Part shown: piece by piece, positions 13,101-25,947 of the stretch
Position numbering within the stretch: the first letter of the stretch is position 1
Layout: each line of letters starts with the position of its first letter
Assembly: GCA_965153285.1 (NCBI GenBank)
Contig: OZ229114.1
Length of the DNA stretch: 64,000 nt
Direction: 5' to 3' (one strand)
Source of the DNA: Podarcis tiliguerta
Taxonomy: Eukaryota
Program-made: the position numbers and the translations under genes
Notes under the pieces: generated by a model
Databases searched by the model: none
Told to the model about the DNA's origin: nothing
Seen by the model: only the letters and a program-made list of their open reading frames with translations

Positions 13101-14750
13101 TTTACCCTGGGGTTCTCTTTCAATTCTTTCCCCCATCCAGGGTAGGATTTATCTTGATGTTTCATGCAGAATAAAATATGCCTCCTTCTCTGGGATATGA
13201 TGGGAGCAGGAGGATACAGACCCTGCCATAAAAGGGGCTAAGAACAGTCTGGAATCTGGTAGCTCTCTCTCACACACACACTATTAGTCTTCTTCAGCAG
13301 GAACCTGAATTTGGGTATCTTTATGAAGTCTTTGCAGATCACAGAACTATGGTAATATCCAAGTACTTGCCTCCTAAAGATACCAAATATCAAGGTTTGG
13401 CCCCAACCTCATATAGAGCCACACTGGGTAGATTCACATCTATGATCCACCTGGATTCCAATCCTGGCCTCAGATGATGACCAGCACCTCACTCCAATTT
13501 CTGTGAGAGGGCCCTGCTCTCTGGCCTCTTTTGTTCCATCACTACATAACCTGTTGCAGAACTCTCCAATGTTTCCTATTATTTATGACCAATTGGTTTG
13601 TGGGGTGGCTTGCTCAAATATGAGGCAATGGCTCAAGAAGATTTCAAGGAACTGAAGCATTAATTAATTCAGGAAGTTACAAGAGTGACATTTATGGGCA
13701 CAGTGTGTGTAATTTGAGCTAGGGATTGCCAGGCCTCAGAAATGGACTCATGAGCTCAGCTCTGGATCCCATTGTTGGTGTCAGTATTTAGCTTACATAT
13801 CTAATAGTAAGAACAAAGAAACTTCATCTGAGCAAAAGCAAAGAGAATGTGCCTCTTGCTTTAATCAGCAAAGCCAATGCCCCACATTTAGGAAATACAG
13901 GTTAGGGAGTGCAAATATCCAAAAGACATGAGCCTCAACACATCCATTTTTAAAAAGTAAAAACTGGTTACTGGAGTTATGCTATGCTATAAATGTCACA
14001 ATGTCCACATCAGGGTCATATCTAAAATAAAAAGTTACTAAGAACCATCATTTATAAATATCTGATTAAAAACAGAATGCTATGGAGGAAGAAAAGAATG
14101 CAATGGAAGCTTTTGGGGGTGGTTTCTAAGCTTATGCTTATATAACTTCTGAAATGGGATAATATTAATAATATCCCAACAGAGCACCCTAAAGGGTGGA
14201 TATTCAGTATTACTAAACATTAATTAAATGTGAGAGGATGAGATCTTATGTATATGGCATAAAAACATATGGACAAACACTACAAACTAAATTAAATCTG
14301 CTCCTATAAGGATTATGAGTAACACTGAATGATCAAGGGCTTCCAGGGGACCTTATGTCAACCACATATTCTGGAATCATAGACCAGGCCAAACCTTTCT
14401 GGACCCCCAGAGACCCACCTACCAAGTGAAGGAAGAAAAGAAACGGGGAAGACCCACAATCTGGCTCCCACGTTTAATCTGAAGGATATACCATTTCTAG
14501 CTTCTGGGTCATGAAAGCATGCGTCCATCCGTTGATGAAGGGTATAGAGCATCCATCAGTACCATGGACATAGGGGATTATTCCCCCTCTCCCAATAAAG
14601 TCTATTGAAGTTTTCTTCTCTCCATCAGGAAGGCAACGATGAATCTGGAACAAGGAGCAGTCTGTGGGGACTGTATGTGTACAAGGCTTGTCCATCTGGT
14701 TGAAGAAGGGTCTGTCCATCCCTGCCCATCAGCCTACCTTCTTGCATCTC

Positions 14751-15275
14751 TCAGATATCCTTGTGCCCCTGGAAATGTCGTACCAGGCAGTAAAGTCCTG
14801 AAATTAGGTAAAAGAAGGCAGTGATACCTGCAAAGACGGCAGCAGTCAGGTAGGCTTTGTAACTGCAGGGCCACATGTAGCCTGGCAGGTTGCAGTAGCT
14901 GAAACTCTGTGCCTTCTGGCTCAGGATGCCTGCAGCAGCTGCAGAGAGAATAACCCCAAGCAACAGATCGTGCATTAGGTTCGTCATAAGCCAGCGGGTC
15001 CCCAGCACCGGCACCAGAGACCAGCGGCCCAGCAGGCTGAGCCCAAAGAGCGCCAAGGTGAGCAACCACAACAGGACCGCTGCAAAGACCGCAAAGTAGG
15101 TGGCTCCTTCATACTTGTGCGCTGCTAAAGTCACCCAGCAGACAGCCCCCGTCAGCAGCTGGGCAATGCGCAGCACTCCCAGCAGACTTCTCAAGAAGGG
15201 CCTGTTCAGACTCAGAGTCTCTCTCGACTGCGGGCAAGGCGGTGGAGGGGAGGACGGAGGTGGTGGAAGAGCCAT
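14751..15275 (-). CDS. MARVELD1: MARVEL domain-containing protein 1, single coding exon, 174 aa
   Basis: Pro-rich N-terminus, RPFLRS.LGVLR, four hydrophobic segments, LVPVLG.RW and SYCNL motifs; syntenic position. Confidence 0.95.
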   Translation of the reverse strand: MALPPPPSSPPPPCPQSRETLSLNRPFLRSLLGVLRIAQLLTGAVCWVTLAAHKYEGATYFAVFAAVLLWLLTLALFGLSLLGRWSLVPVLGTRWLMTNLMHDLLLGVILSAAAAGILSQKAQSFSYCNLPGYMWPCSYKAYLTAAVFAGITAFFYLISGLYCLVRHFQGHKDI

Positions 15276-17045
15276 GCTGCAAGACTGCGGCCTCCAGGCG
15301 CTTCTGTCCCGTCCAGTTCTGTCTTCTGGAGCCCAGCGAACTTCACCCCCCTCTCAGGCACTTCCTCTGTCTGCAGCTGCCAAACATCTGCAGCTCAATG
15401 GACTTTCCTGTGCAGGGGCCTCTCAGCTTCCCGGCTCTGTCCCTCCCTGTTCCCCCCTTGCCCCTCCTCTTCTCTGGGTGGTTCTCTTTCTCCATCCTTC
15501 TGCTAACTCCTCACTCCTCTCTCCTTCACGCCCCTGCAGTCCCAAGCCCAGAGCTCTCAAAACACCCATTAAAACTGGCTGCTTTAGCATCACAGTTTCC
15601 TCAGCTACACACTATGTACTGTTTCAGCCAACAGTTCTTCCTAAGCAGAAAGGTTGCCTCAGCATGTGGGCCCTGCAGGCACAGAGTTTTGCCTCTCCCT
15701 TGCAGGAGATGGGTTTGGGCACATTGGCTGCATAGGCATCATGCATTTAAAGCACACCATACATTTAAAGCACATTTCCGTCCCCATCCCCCCATAAGGT
15801 GATTGGGAACTATAGTTTGTCCCTCACAGAGCTACAATTCTCAGGATCCTTACTTCCCATTCTCAGCCACAGTTCCCAGGATTCAGAAGGGGGTAAAGTG
15901 CTTGAAGTGTATGGCACATACACAGCCTCAAAACTTTGCATTGTATTGACTCTTCTGGTAGCCCAGGTCCTGGCCAGCACCACTAGATGGTGCAAACAAA
16001 CTCCAGCCTGTTCTCATCTTGGATGTCAGAACTCAGGTCAATTTTCTTTCTATGTTCTAAAGAGGCAGAGGAGATCAGGAAAAAAACAGTTGTATTTCTT
16101 TCCACACTCCTGATTTAACTTGTGAATATAAAAATAAAAAACTTAGGAGGCTTTAAATGGATAAGTTGTTTCCTTATCTGGAAACAACTTACAGGCCTGT
16201 GCCTGTAAACTTCACTCTTTGTCTTTAGAGACCTGGCTTTATTTTAAAACTGCTGTGAGCTGCCCAGAGGACAGGATGAATAGGTGACCAAGATATGTCA
16301 TACATGAATGAATCAATGTCAAGACCTCTCCTAAACAGGTTCAAACCAGCTTGTCCTCTAGCAGGGTTGAATGTTCCAAAAGGAAGGTTGTCAACTCACA
16401 TATAAAGGATCCATTATTGAAATCACTCTAATTTTGATCTTAGTGGGTCTCTTGACTTTCATAAGATGCTGCAGGCAATGATTTCTGTGTGACATGCAGG
16501 ATTTTAAGTTTCACAGCACCACTTCTCTCTCACATGGTATTCTCTAGGAAAAAGTTTACATTCCACTCAGTTGTTTTTCAGAAATTCATTTAAATATGTA
16601 TTTTTCCACTATTGCACATTTGGAAGCTCTTGCTTGTGCTGACGCATTCTTCAGCTTGGAACTACAGCAAGATACACACTTGTGCAATTTTCCCATGTGA
16701 CATTGTATCCTGAGTGGATGCGACTGTCCATGGAAAGGGGTGCAGAGGTCTAAATGAAAACAGGGCATTCATTTAACCCGGATCCCTTTTTTCTCTATGG
16801 CAAGTTTGCAAAATTACATCTCAGTGTGCGTCTTCTTGGGGATCAAAGGGCAAGTCAAATCTCATGGCATCTTTCTACATACTTCCCAGAGAACACGGCG
16901 GCAAAAATTCATGCCTGAGGGCTCTGGCTTCCTGGCACGCAGCAGGAGCTGGCTGTGGAGCCCGCGCCTTCCCTCCACGTCGACCCTTAGCACGTGTCTG
17001 GCTGCGACTACTTTGCGTGGCTCAGTAGAGCGGAATAGGCACGTT

Positions 17046-17151
17046 GAAGGGCGTAGCCGGGGGGGGGGCAGGGAAGAGCAGCCCCCCCCATCAATAAAAA
17101 TACCTAGCTAACTTAGGTTCTACCCCCCCCAAAATCCTGGCTACGCCCATG
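17046..17151. mobile_element. Same small hAT-type MITE family, opposite orientation
   Basis: GGGCGTAGCC...GGCTACGCCCATG; TSD GGCACGTT/GGCACGCT. Confidence 0.65.
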
Positions 17152-17549
17152 GGCACGCTCCAAACCCTTTCTCGCCTGCTGCCTTGGCAGACAGGTCCGT
17201 AATTGCCCTGACAGGCAAAGGCGAGCAGGTTGCCGAAGTGGTCTGAGAAGCCAGACGTTACGGGGTCAGGCTAGCGATCCTTTCCAGCAGCAAGTCCTAT
17301 TTTTCAGGTTGCTGTCAGGGAGGCCGATCGTGCTTCGCTCCCCTGCGGACCTCCACTCCCTGCCCTGCCAGAACCAGATACTCCGTCCTGACCCTTTATT
17401 TGCAAAGAAAGAATTCGGCGCGAGCGAGCCACTGAAGGAAAACAAGCAGAAAATAAAGTGGGGCTGGGGAGAGGATAGGATAAAGATTAAGCCTCCACGC
17501 CGGTGACATGGCACGATCGGGTTTCTCAGAGGGCCAATTAACTCTTTGC

Positions 17550-18660
17550 TGGAATTAGGTTCAGACTAAGGAAAGGCAGACGCCTCTGTGCCTGTGGACA
17601 AAACACACAAACACACCCCGCCGTCCCTGTCAGTCAACCACAGCAGGAAAAAGCAACGCCCCTCTTTCTCCTTGCAGGCTAACGCCCTTCCCAGTGACGT
17701 CAAGAACGCCGCCTGCCACGCGTTACCAGCGGGGACAGCGGAGCCCCGCCTCCTCCCCACCCTATTGGCTGCCTTGCTTATCTTCGGAGTTCGGATTTAG
17801 AACCTTGGAGTTAAGAGGCAGATGAAGCCGATTGGCTGAGATGCAGGTTGCCTGCGCTCTTCAATGGACAAAGGAATCTTCGCCGCGTGAGCCTGCGAAT
17901 GACGGGAATCGGCTTGGGGAGAGGCAAGGCGAGAGCAGGGGAACCGCCCGCCCTGGCGGGTCTCCAGGAGCCTTCGAGAGACCCGTGGCCTCAAGGACGA
18001 CAGCAGCCGCCAGGTCTGTGACTTACCTGTCCGAGGAGCCCGAATCCACTCAGGTCTGGGCATCGGCCTCGATCTGTTGCTGTAAAATGCCAGATTCCCC
18101 CGAGTGGGGGAAGGGACGTGGTTCCTCGCTCGGCTGGACAGGGAACAATCCTTGCCAATATCTTGGGGCAGCACAAACCAGAATAATTTTTTGCTGGGCT
18201 CCCTTTTGTTCCCTTGACATCATGCTTTTGCTCGAAGAAGTTCAGAATGACTCTGTGGGGAAGGTTAGATGGACAGTGTAACGTGCCCTAGATCTCCCAG
18301 GGCTCCGCGTGGATTATTATTTGGGGATAATAATACTGTAATGCAAACGAGCTGAGGTGTGCATACTTGGGAGTTATCCTCCCAACATCCCGGTAAGGTA
18401 GCCTAGGCTGAGACCCTGGCCCGTTGTCACGCAGTTAGTTATCTCCTTGCTGAGCACGGAGATTCAATTTTGCGTCTCCCCGTGGTTCAAGTCAACATCA
18501 GCTCTCTCTTTCCATCCAGTTCCAATATCGGTTCCTGCACAGCAACCGGGCTGAGGGACAAATATGCATGCTGCGTATGTATAATGCCATTTTCGGAGCG
18601 ATATAAAAGTGCACCCTTAGCTCCCGGGAACTGACGTATTGGCTCGTCTCTTCGGCTCCC
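17550..18660 (+). promoter_or_regulatory. CpG-rich AVPI1 promoter region with a full CRE
   Basis: TGACGTCA at 17695-17702; GC box near 17744; ATTGG near 17765 and 17831; TGACG half-sites near 17900 and 18632; candidate exon-1 donor CG|GTAAGG at 18392/18393. Confidence 0.65.
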
Positions 18661-19469
18661 GCGTGCCCATCTCATGGCTTGAACACCATGATTCATTGGG
18701 ATCATCTGGCCAGCTGGCAAGCAAGGCTCCAGCTGTGAGGAGTGGACACTGCTGGGTTAGCTTGCATCGTCTAAGCTTTCCAGAGTTAACCTGTAGCTCA
18801 TATTTGGGCAAGTGGGTCATCAGGCTCCCTTTGGGAATTAAATGCTGTCCCTAGGCTTTCTCTACCATAAGAGACATCAAGGCATGGGAGGCTGCTGGGA
18901 GAAGACAAGTGCCAGCCCTTTTGCTTGACTGCAAGAATGTGAGCTGTTGCCCCATATGGCCCCACCCTGGCACTCGTCCCAGCTTCTGTGGAATTTCCGT
19001 GCATGCAAACCGGCTTTTAGCCTGGAGCTGTTTTCTGGTATGTAGCTCCTCCCAACTTGAGCACACCTGTACTGAGCAAGCAGAGACCTGGCTTAATACT
19101 CTGCTGCCAGAGAATTAAACCACCATCTGGATGGTGTTGGGGGAGCTCAGAGGCTTGCTTAGGAAAATGGAGGTGCTCTCTTTCTGATGGCCTACACATC
19201 CTCAAGGGCCAGGAGTTAGCTGCAGAATAGGAATCCCAATTCCTTCTGTAAGAGGTGGTGGCAGATAAGTTGGGTTGGCAAAAAGGATGGATGCCTTGAG
19301 GCATGACTGTGTCTTACACATCTGCTCCCAGGTAGGCAGGCATAGGTGAAGTTGAGGGCGGCAGGGGAATAGCAATGGTTGGCAGGATTAGTCATTCTGC
19401 TGTTTCACCCTATTTCCTCTCTCTTTCACAGAACCACCTTCAGATACAGAGTGGAGGGACCCTAGCATC

Positions 19470-19792
19470 ATGGGTACCCCAGCCTCTATTGCCTGTGACT
19501 TGCCACAGCACCAGACCCCCAAAGCCTGCACTCGCAAGAGAGCATCTGCCAACATCTTTCAGGGGGTGGGGCTGTTGCAGTTGCGCCGCCTCTTCCGCAG
19601 CAGTGGGGATGCCCAAGCCGAGGAGAGAGCCCAGCTGGTCTGGGAATGTGCAGGGAGCCGGTGCATTGCTCACGCCTTGCAACAGCTCCGAAGGAGGCAG
19701 AGAAAGCTGAGGCTGAGATCACACCTGAGACCTCCTTCAGAAATGAGTGGTGCCACCAGACTCCTAGAGCTCCAACACTTCAGCCGCTTACG
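19470..19792 (+). CDS. AVPI1: Arginine vasopressin-induced protein 1, coding exon 1
   Basis: MGTPAS...RKRASANIFQ...AEERAQLVWECAG (TC1/AVPI1 family); acceptor at 19431/19432; CG|gtatgg donor. Confidence 0.93.
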
Positions 19793-21019
19793 GTATGGTC
19801 TCCATGTTCATGCCACCCTGCTTCTACAGCTCTTGCACTCACCATCTAACAATAAAGCCACAAAGATCCCCTCTCCCCTGCTGTTTCTGCAACAGCAGGT
19901 TGTAGGCCAGCAATGGCCCTTCAAATCTCATTGGACTCTTAATTTCCATTTGTCTTAGCTAGCATGGCCAATGATAAGAGATAACAGGTTTTCTTCAGCA
20001 ACATCTGGAGGACTTCAGGTTCTCAACTCCTGGAGTAAGCAGTAGATCTCTACCTAAAACCAGTAACTTCCTACCTACAGATGTATTGTATAAATTGCTA
20101 GTTTGTATACTTTTGGCCAGCTACTGTACCTCAAGTCGGGTCACATTCACACCATAAAGCTCTATTAAACCGTCATGGCTTCCACCAAAGAATTCTGGGA
20201 GTTGTAGTTTAAGGATGCTGAGAATTGTTAGAGGTCCTTGTTCCCTTTACAGAACTATAGTTCTTAGGAGTTACCTGTGACAAGGGATTGCTTGTTAAAT
20301 TGCTCTGGGGGGAACACAGGGACTTCCTTACAACTCTCAGTACCCTTAGTAAAGTGCAGTTCCTATAATTTTTGGGGGGGGAAGACATGACTGTTTACAT
20401 TTAAAGCACTATGATTCCACTTTATAATGTGAATGCAGCCTCATCCTCAGAGCTCTTCCTAAGCAGCTGGTGTTACCTGCTCCTAATGCTGTTGTGCAGA
20501 TGTAAAATAGTTATGGCCATACGTCATCAACAGTAGTCTCTTAATAAAGCCACGACTTAGAGCATCCTTTGCTTAAAACTGTGTTCATTGGTTATATTGC
20601 AGTGTGTTCAAAACTGGAGCAAAGGTACTTTGTATTGTACTCAGGCATAGCATGTAAACAGAATCTGCTGACAGGTACAGAGTTTAGCCTCTTACCAACC
20701 TCAGCTTTCAGCTTATGCAAGTTGTAGCTGTTACAGCTGAAAATATAGATGCAAAAGTATGTGGGTAATGTGAAGTTTCAGAAACCAGAGGGGCAAAGCT
20801 TTCTCTAGTTCCTGCCCTCTACTCATCATTAACAGAAGCAGAATTTATGTATGCAGAGTAAGTAAACATGTAAATGTAATTCATTTGCATTATTTGTACA
20901 GTTCACACAATTTATTCTCCCTTTGAACAGAATTTTAAAATTTTTAAACATGGAGGATACAAAGACAGCTAGATCAGCAGGGTTTGGGAACCTGTGGCCA
21001 ACCAGATGTTGCTAGACTA

Positions 21020-21244
21020 CAGTGGTACCTCGGGTTAAGTACTTAATTCGTTCTGGAGGTCCATTCTTAACCTGAAGCACCACTTTAGCTAATGGGGCCT
21101 CCTGCTGCCACTGCGCCGCGGGAGCACGATTTCTGTTCTCATTCTGAAGCAAAGTTCTTAACCCAAGGTACTATTTCTGGGTTAGCAGAGTCTGTAACCT
21201 GAAGCGTATGTAACCTGAAGCGTATGTAACCCAAGGTACCACTG
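21020..21244. mobile_element. Same MITE family, copy 2 (AVPI1 intron)
   Basis: Same TIRs and body; TA TSD. Confidence 0.8.
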
Positions 21245-21521
21245 TATAGCTTTCTTCACCTCTGATCATTGCTCATATGGCTGGGGCTGAGAATTGGGCA
21301 CTACTGCTGATCTAGAGGAAAAGGAGAGCAAGTGTGCTTCTCACAAACTAGCAAGATAACTTTCAACTGCAAGAGTAGCCACACCTGTAAATTCTTTCCT
21401 CCTTTACTTGTAGAAAGACACCATGGCAATTCTCTTCTTATTGCCTGTACATATTGCTTACTTCTCCAGAAGAGATAACATCCTACTCCATTTCTTAATG
21501 GGTGCCTTTGTTCTCCTATAG

Positions 21522-21684
21522 GATTGAAGACCGCACCACATCATGTGCTGATGTTGATGGCTGCAGCAACAGCAATAAGGAGATAGATGCAGCTGATCAA
21601 ACCAGCCACTATACTGCTTCCCACTACAAGAAGAAAAAAAGTGGAATGGGAACTGCAGACTACCTGCACCAGCTCCGCCGGTGA
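21522..21684 (+). CDS. AVPI1: AVPI1 coding exon 2 (IEDRT...DYLHQLRR*); 161 aa in total
   Basis: ttctcctatag| acceptor in matching phase; C-terminal YLHQ motif; AATAAA at 21958-21963. Confidence 0.88.
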
Positions 21685-24600
21685 GCAACTGAACCTGATG
21701 GCAACAGTTGTAGTTAAATGTCACTGTACGGAACAGGTGTAGCCTGAACCCAAGGGGGGTTCGTATGGAAGATGCACTTCTCTCATAGTAAAATGTTTTC
21801 GTATAATATCCTCTGTGCTTCACACTGGCAAAAATGGCGGAGAAACTTGAAACCAACCCTCCTCTTTCAAGCACTACCTGTTCTGGTTCTCAGACTTGAC
21901 CACATCTGGCTATCACGAAGCACAAACACTACAGACTGAATGTACCTGGTCATATTTAATAAAGCTTATTATACAGTCTCCTCTATGAAAGCACTTTGTG
22001 AATGCAAGTAGTAATTGCTTGATTTGCACCAATGTCTCTAGTTCAGCACCGCATTTTGCATAATCAGATGCTTCTGAGAAGTCCACAAGGAGGCTGCATG
22101 AAGGTAGCAGCTTTCTGGTTGGCTCCCACTCAGTAATTTGTCTTTGGAGGCAGGCTGCCCCAGCTGCATGAAAACTACGTGGCACCTTCATTTAAGTAGC
22201 TGGAGACAGGGCTGTCCCTCATGAGTTTGTCTAGCTGCCTTTTAAGATCAGCTAGAGCCACATCTTGATGTGGATTTCCTCATTATGCCAATGTGTCACT
22301 TGCCTCTTCTAAATCTGAGGCGAGTCAAGTGTTGGGGTTGGGGAACGGATTATTAAGGGTCTGGGTTTGCACCAAAAGCACCGTCTACAGTGACAGCCTT
22401 AGAAAGTCTCACTTTCTGCAAGGCTAGCTGTCTTCATAAGTTCTCTTCGCCCACCTAGTTGTGAGGGTGGTCACTCCATCCTATACAAAGAATAATCACG
22501 GGGCAGGGCAAGTATAATACTCTTTCACTCTGTAGGTGTGATCATGTTGACTGGGGAGTGGTTCCCATACTGCTATTATACAGGAGGTCAGCCCTCTGAA
22601 AAACTAAGTGTTTTGAGTTATGAGATGGAATGTGGGGACATACACAGTCCTGGTAATTCCAAAAGAGAACAGGAACTAAGGCTGCATTGTGTTTAAACAG
22701 TCTTCTGCCTATATGTACTCACATACCCCTGTTGAACAACCAGAGGTCTGCCCAGTGCCTAGCTATAATAGCTCTCTCAAGGCAAGAAGGTGGTCTTGTG
22801 CACAATCAGCTTCATACTTGGTTCAGAGGTTGGACAACTTGTTTTTTCTTTTAACTGTACAGATTTTATATTACCAAAATAGAAGTGAATACTAACACAT
22901 TAAGGCGATGAAAGGGTATATGTTGTGTTACATATCACTTCGAGCCAGGGCCATCCAAGATAACAGGATGAAATGCATGATTCTTTCTACTAAAGGCTAT
23001 AAAAGGATCAGGAAGGTTTTTCTGCAGGTGGTAAAGGGGTAGAGAATATGTGGTCCTTCAGATGTTTTTAGACTCTTAACTCCAGTCAGCCCCACCTAGC
23101 ATAGCCAGTAACTGGGGATAGTGGAATTTATAGCCTGGAACATTGGGCAGGCAGGCCACAGCTTCCCCACCCCATGGGTTCAGGCCAGCTTCCCATCCCA
23201 TGCTTTGCAATACAAAAAAGTCAGGCACAAGGAAGGACTTTCCAATGATGTATGCAGTGTAAGCTTCACCTAGTGGGGAATATTCATACTGCAGGGGAAG
23301 TAGAGAGCAGGTGTGAGCCATGACACTATTGCAATGAGAAAATTCAGTTCCCATTAACACAAGCAGACCAAAAAAAACCCACGCAAGAGACTGGCTCTGC
23401 AACTGCAGACCTGTTATGAAGATACTTGCATTGATTTAAATATATTACATACATTTCTACAGTGCATAAGAACGATACATTTCAGTTCAGGCTGGCAAAA
23501 AGGAAATGAACCCATGCCTGGCATCAAGTACATCAGCTTCAGCCTGGCACCTCAGGCATACAGCAGGGAATTGTCCCCCAAGTGAGAAAGAGGCAGACCC
23601 CCCCACATACAGGGCACCAGGTGACTGCTCTGAACAGCAGAGAAGCTGGGCTCGATGCAAGGCTTCTCCTCGCAGGCCTGGGTGGCAGCCAAATCAGCAA
23701 CACCCAAGGAGAATTCAGGACACTTATATGGACAATTTCAGAGGGAAACTTGATGCCAGGGATTTAGCACAGTAGCTTTCAGGAAAGCAGCATTCACTGT
23801 ACCATTCCATTGCACACGGGGTGTAAAGGGCCTCGGTATGGTAGTGATCCTAATGTGAGTGCTTCCCCTTATGAGGATGCGGTGAGGACATTTCCCCCAT
23901 GGCAGCAGGCAACCCCACCCAGAGAACCTCCTCCCCCCTCCCGATTGTCAATGCCCAAACGCAGCCCAAGGGAGGATTCTGCCTCTGGCAGTGGCCTCTT
24001 TTCTGCCTCCCGCTCACCGCAGCATCGGCAGAGAAGAGGCACAGCTATTACTTCCTCTAGGGATCAGACTAGATGGGTGTGAAATACTAGCCCAAGGCTA
24101 ACAGTGCTAGTATATAGGCATCCTCTCAGTTGCTCCGGCACTACATGGAGAACAAGTGTGTTCACTTGGGTTCAATTATTTAAAACCAATGTTAAAATCT
24201 ACTATTTGAGGCATTTACTCCCTTGCAGAAGGAAGGGAAGGAAGCACAGCAGTTATACTCTTGCAGGACCTACCTGCTAATATTACCCCAGGCAGACAAA
24301 AGCTGCACCAACAGACTCTAGTCCGACCCTTAAGTTCTTCTTTCCTCTCTATCCCAACTTGCATCCTCCCAGGAGCAGTCGGTGGCAGCTGTGCTCCTTA
24401 TGGGTGGCCCCAAGACATGACTGGTGCCTACAGCACTAGGAGGAGCTCTGTAAGACCACGGATAACAGAGCAAGCCTAGTAGAGCAGGGTCCTCCCCCTC
24501 CGCTGCAGGATAAAACAGGGTGCAGGGAAGGAGGGAGGAATATCAAGGCTGGGAGTTGCACACAGCAGGAGCGCCTCTATCCAACTCAGATCATCCCCCT

Positions 24601-24949
24601 TCATCGCCAGCCTTCCCAGGCAGAGGACCCTGAGGTGTTCTCCACCCAGGTGGACATTAGAGGGACAGCTTGAAACCAAAGGATGCTGCATGCAGGCACC
24701 TGCTGGGAGATGCTGCCATGCTCAGGCTGGGGAGAGGGCGGGCATTTCCAGCCCGCAGCAAGAGGGGTGGGGAGCAGTCAGGTCTAAGGAAGGGCCTCCC
24801 TTCCTGCTGGGAATGTGCAGAGTTGAGGCTGGCTGGTAGCGCCTGCTTACATCTCCCACCGGCAGCAGCACAGCAGCCTCAGTCTGGAGGATTGGCTGCC
24901 CGCTGTCAAGTGATAACTCGGGTTCCTCGATGAGTCGCAGAGGCCTCTG

Positions 24950-25111
<162 letters not shown>

Positions 25112-25197
25112 CTAGGAAGAGAAGAGGGGGGAAACTTGAGTGCCCGGAGTCAGCAGGAACCCAATTGTAAAGGGAGGCAAAGACAGCCCAGTGTTCA

Positions 25198-25296
<99 letters not shown>

Positions 25297-25425
25297 CTAC
25301 AAAAGAGACAGCAACAAATAGACAGACACGATTAGGGTGGGTGCTGCGTACAAATCTCTTCTTGTATTCTGTTCTTATGGAGAGGAATAGGTGCAGTTAC
25401 CCTCCCACAGCATCCACACAAATTA

Positions 25426-25653
<228 letters not shown>

Positions 25654-25842
25654 TTAACAGGCTTGTTACAAGGGCAACATCCCATAAAGGAGACTGAAGA
25701 TGACTCAGTCCTAGCACTGGAGTCCCTGAACATCCTGGACTCCACATGGAAACACAAGGCAGTCAGCCCTTAAAGAGCACCCTGGACCAGCCAGAAACAC
25801 TTGCTTAATGGGAATCTGCTTGGGTTCTAGTGCTTGGGACTA

Positions 25843-25947
<105 letters not shown>

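Noticed and set aside
15100-15802. 211-aa and 186-aa plus-strand ORFs
   Set aside because: Antisense to MARVELD1 and its pyrimidine-rich upstream region; low-complexity products with no recognisable domain
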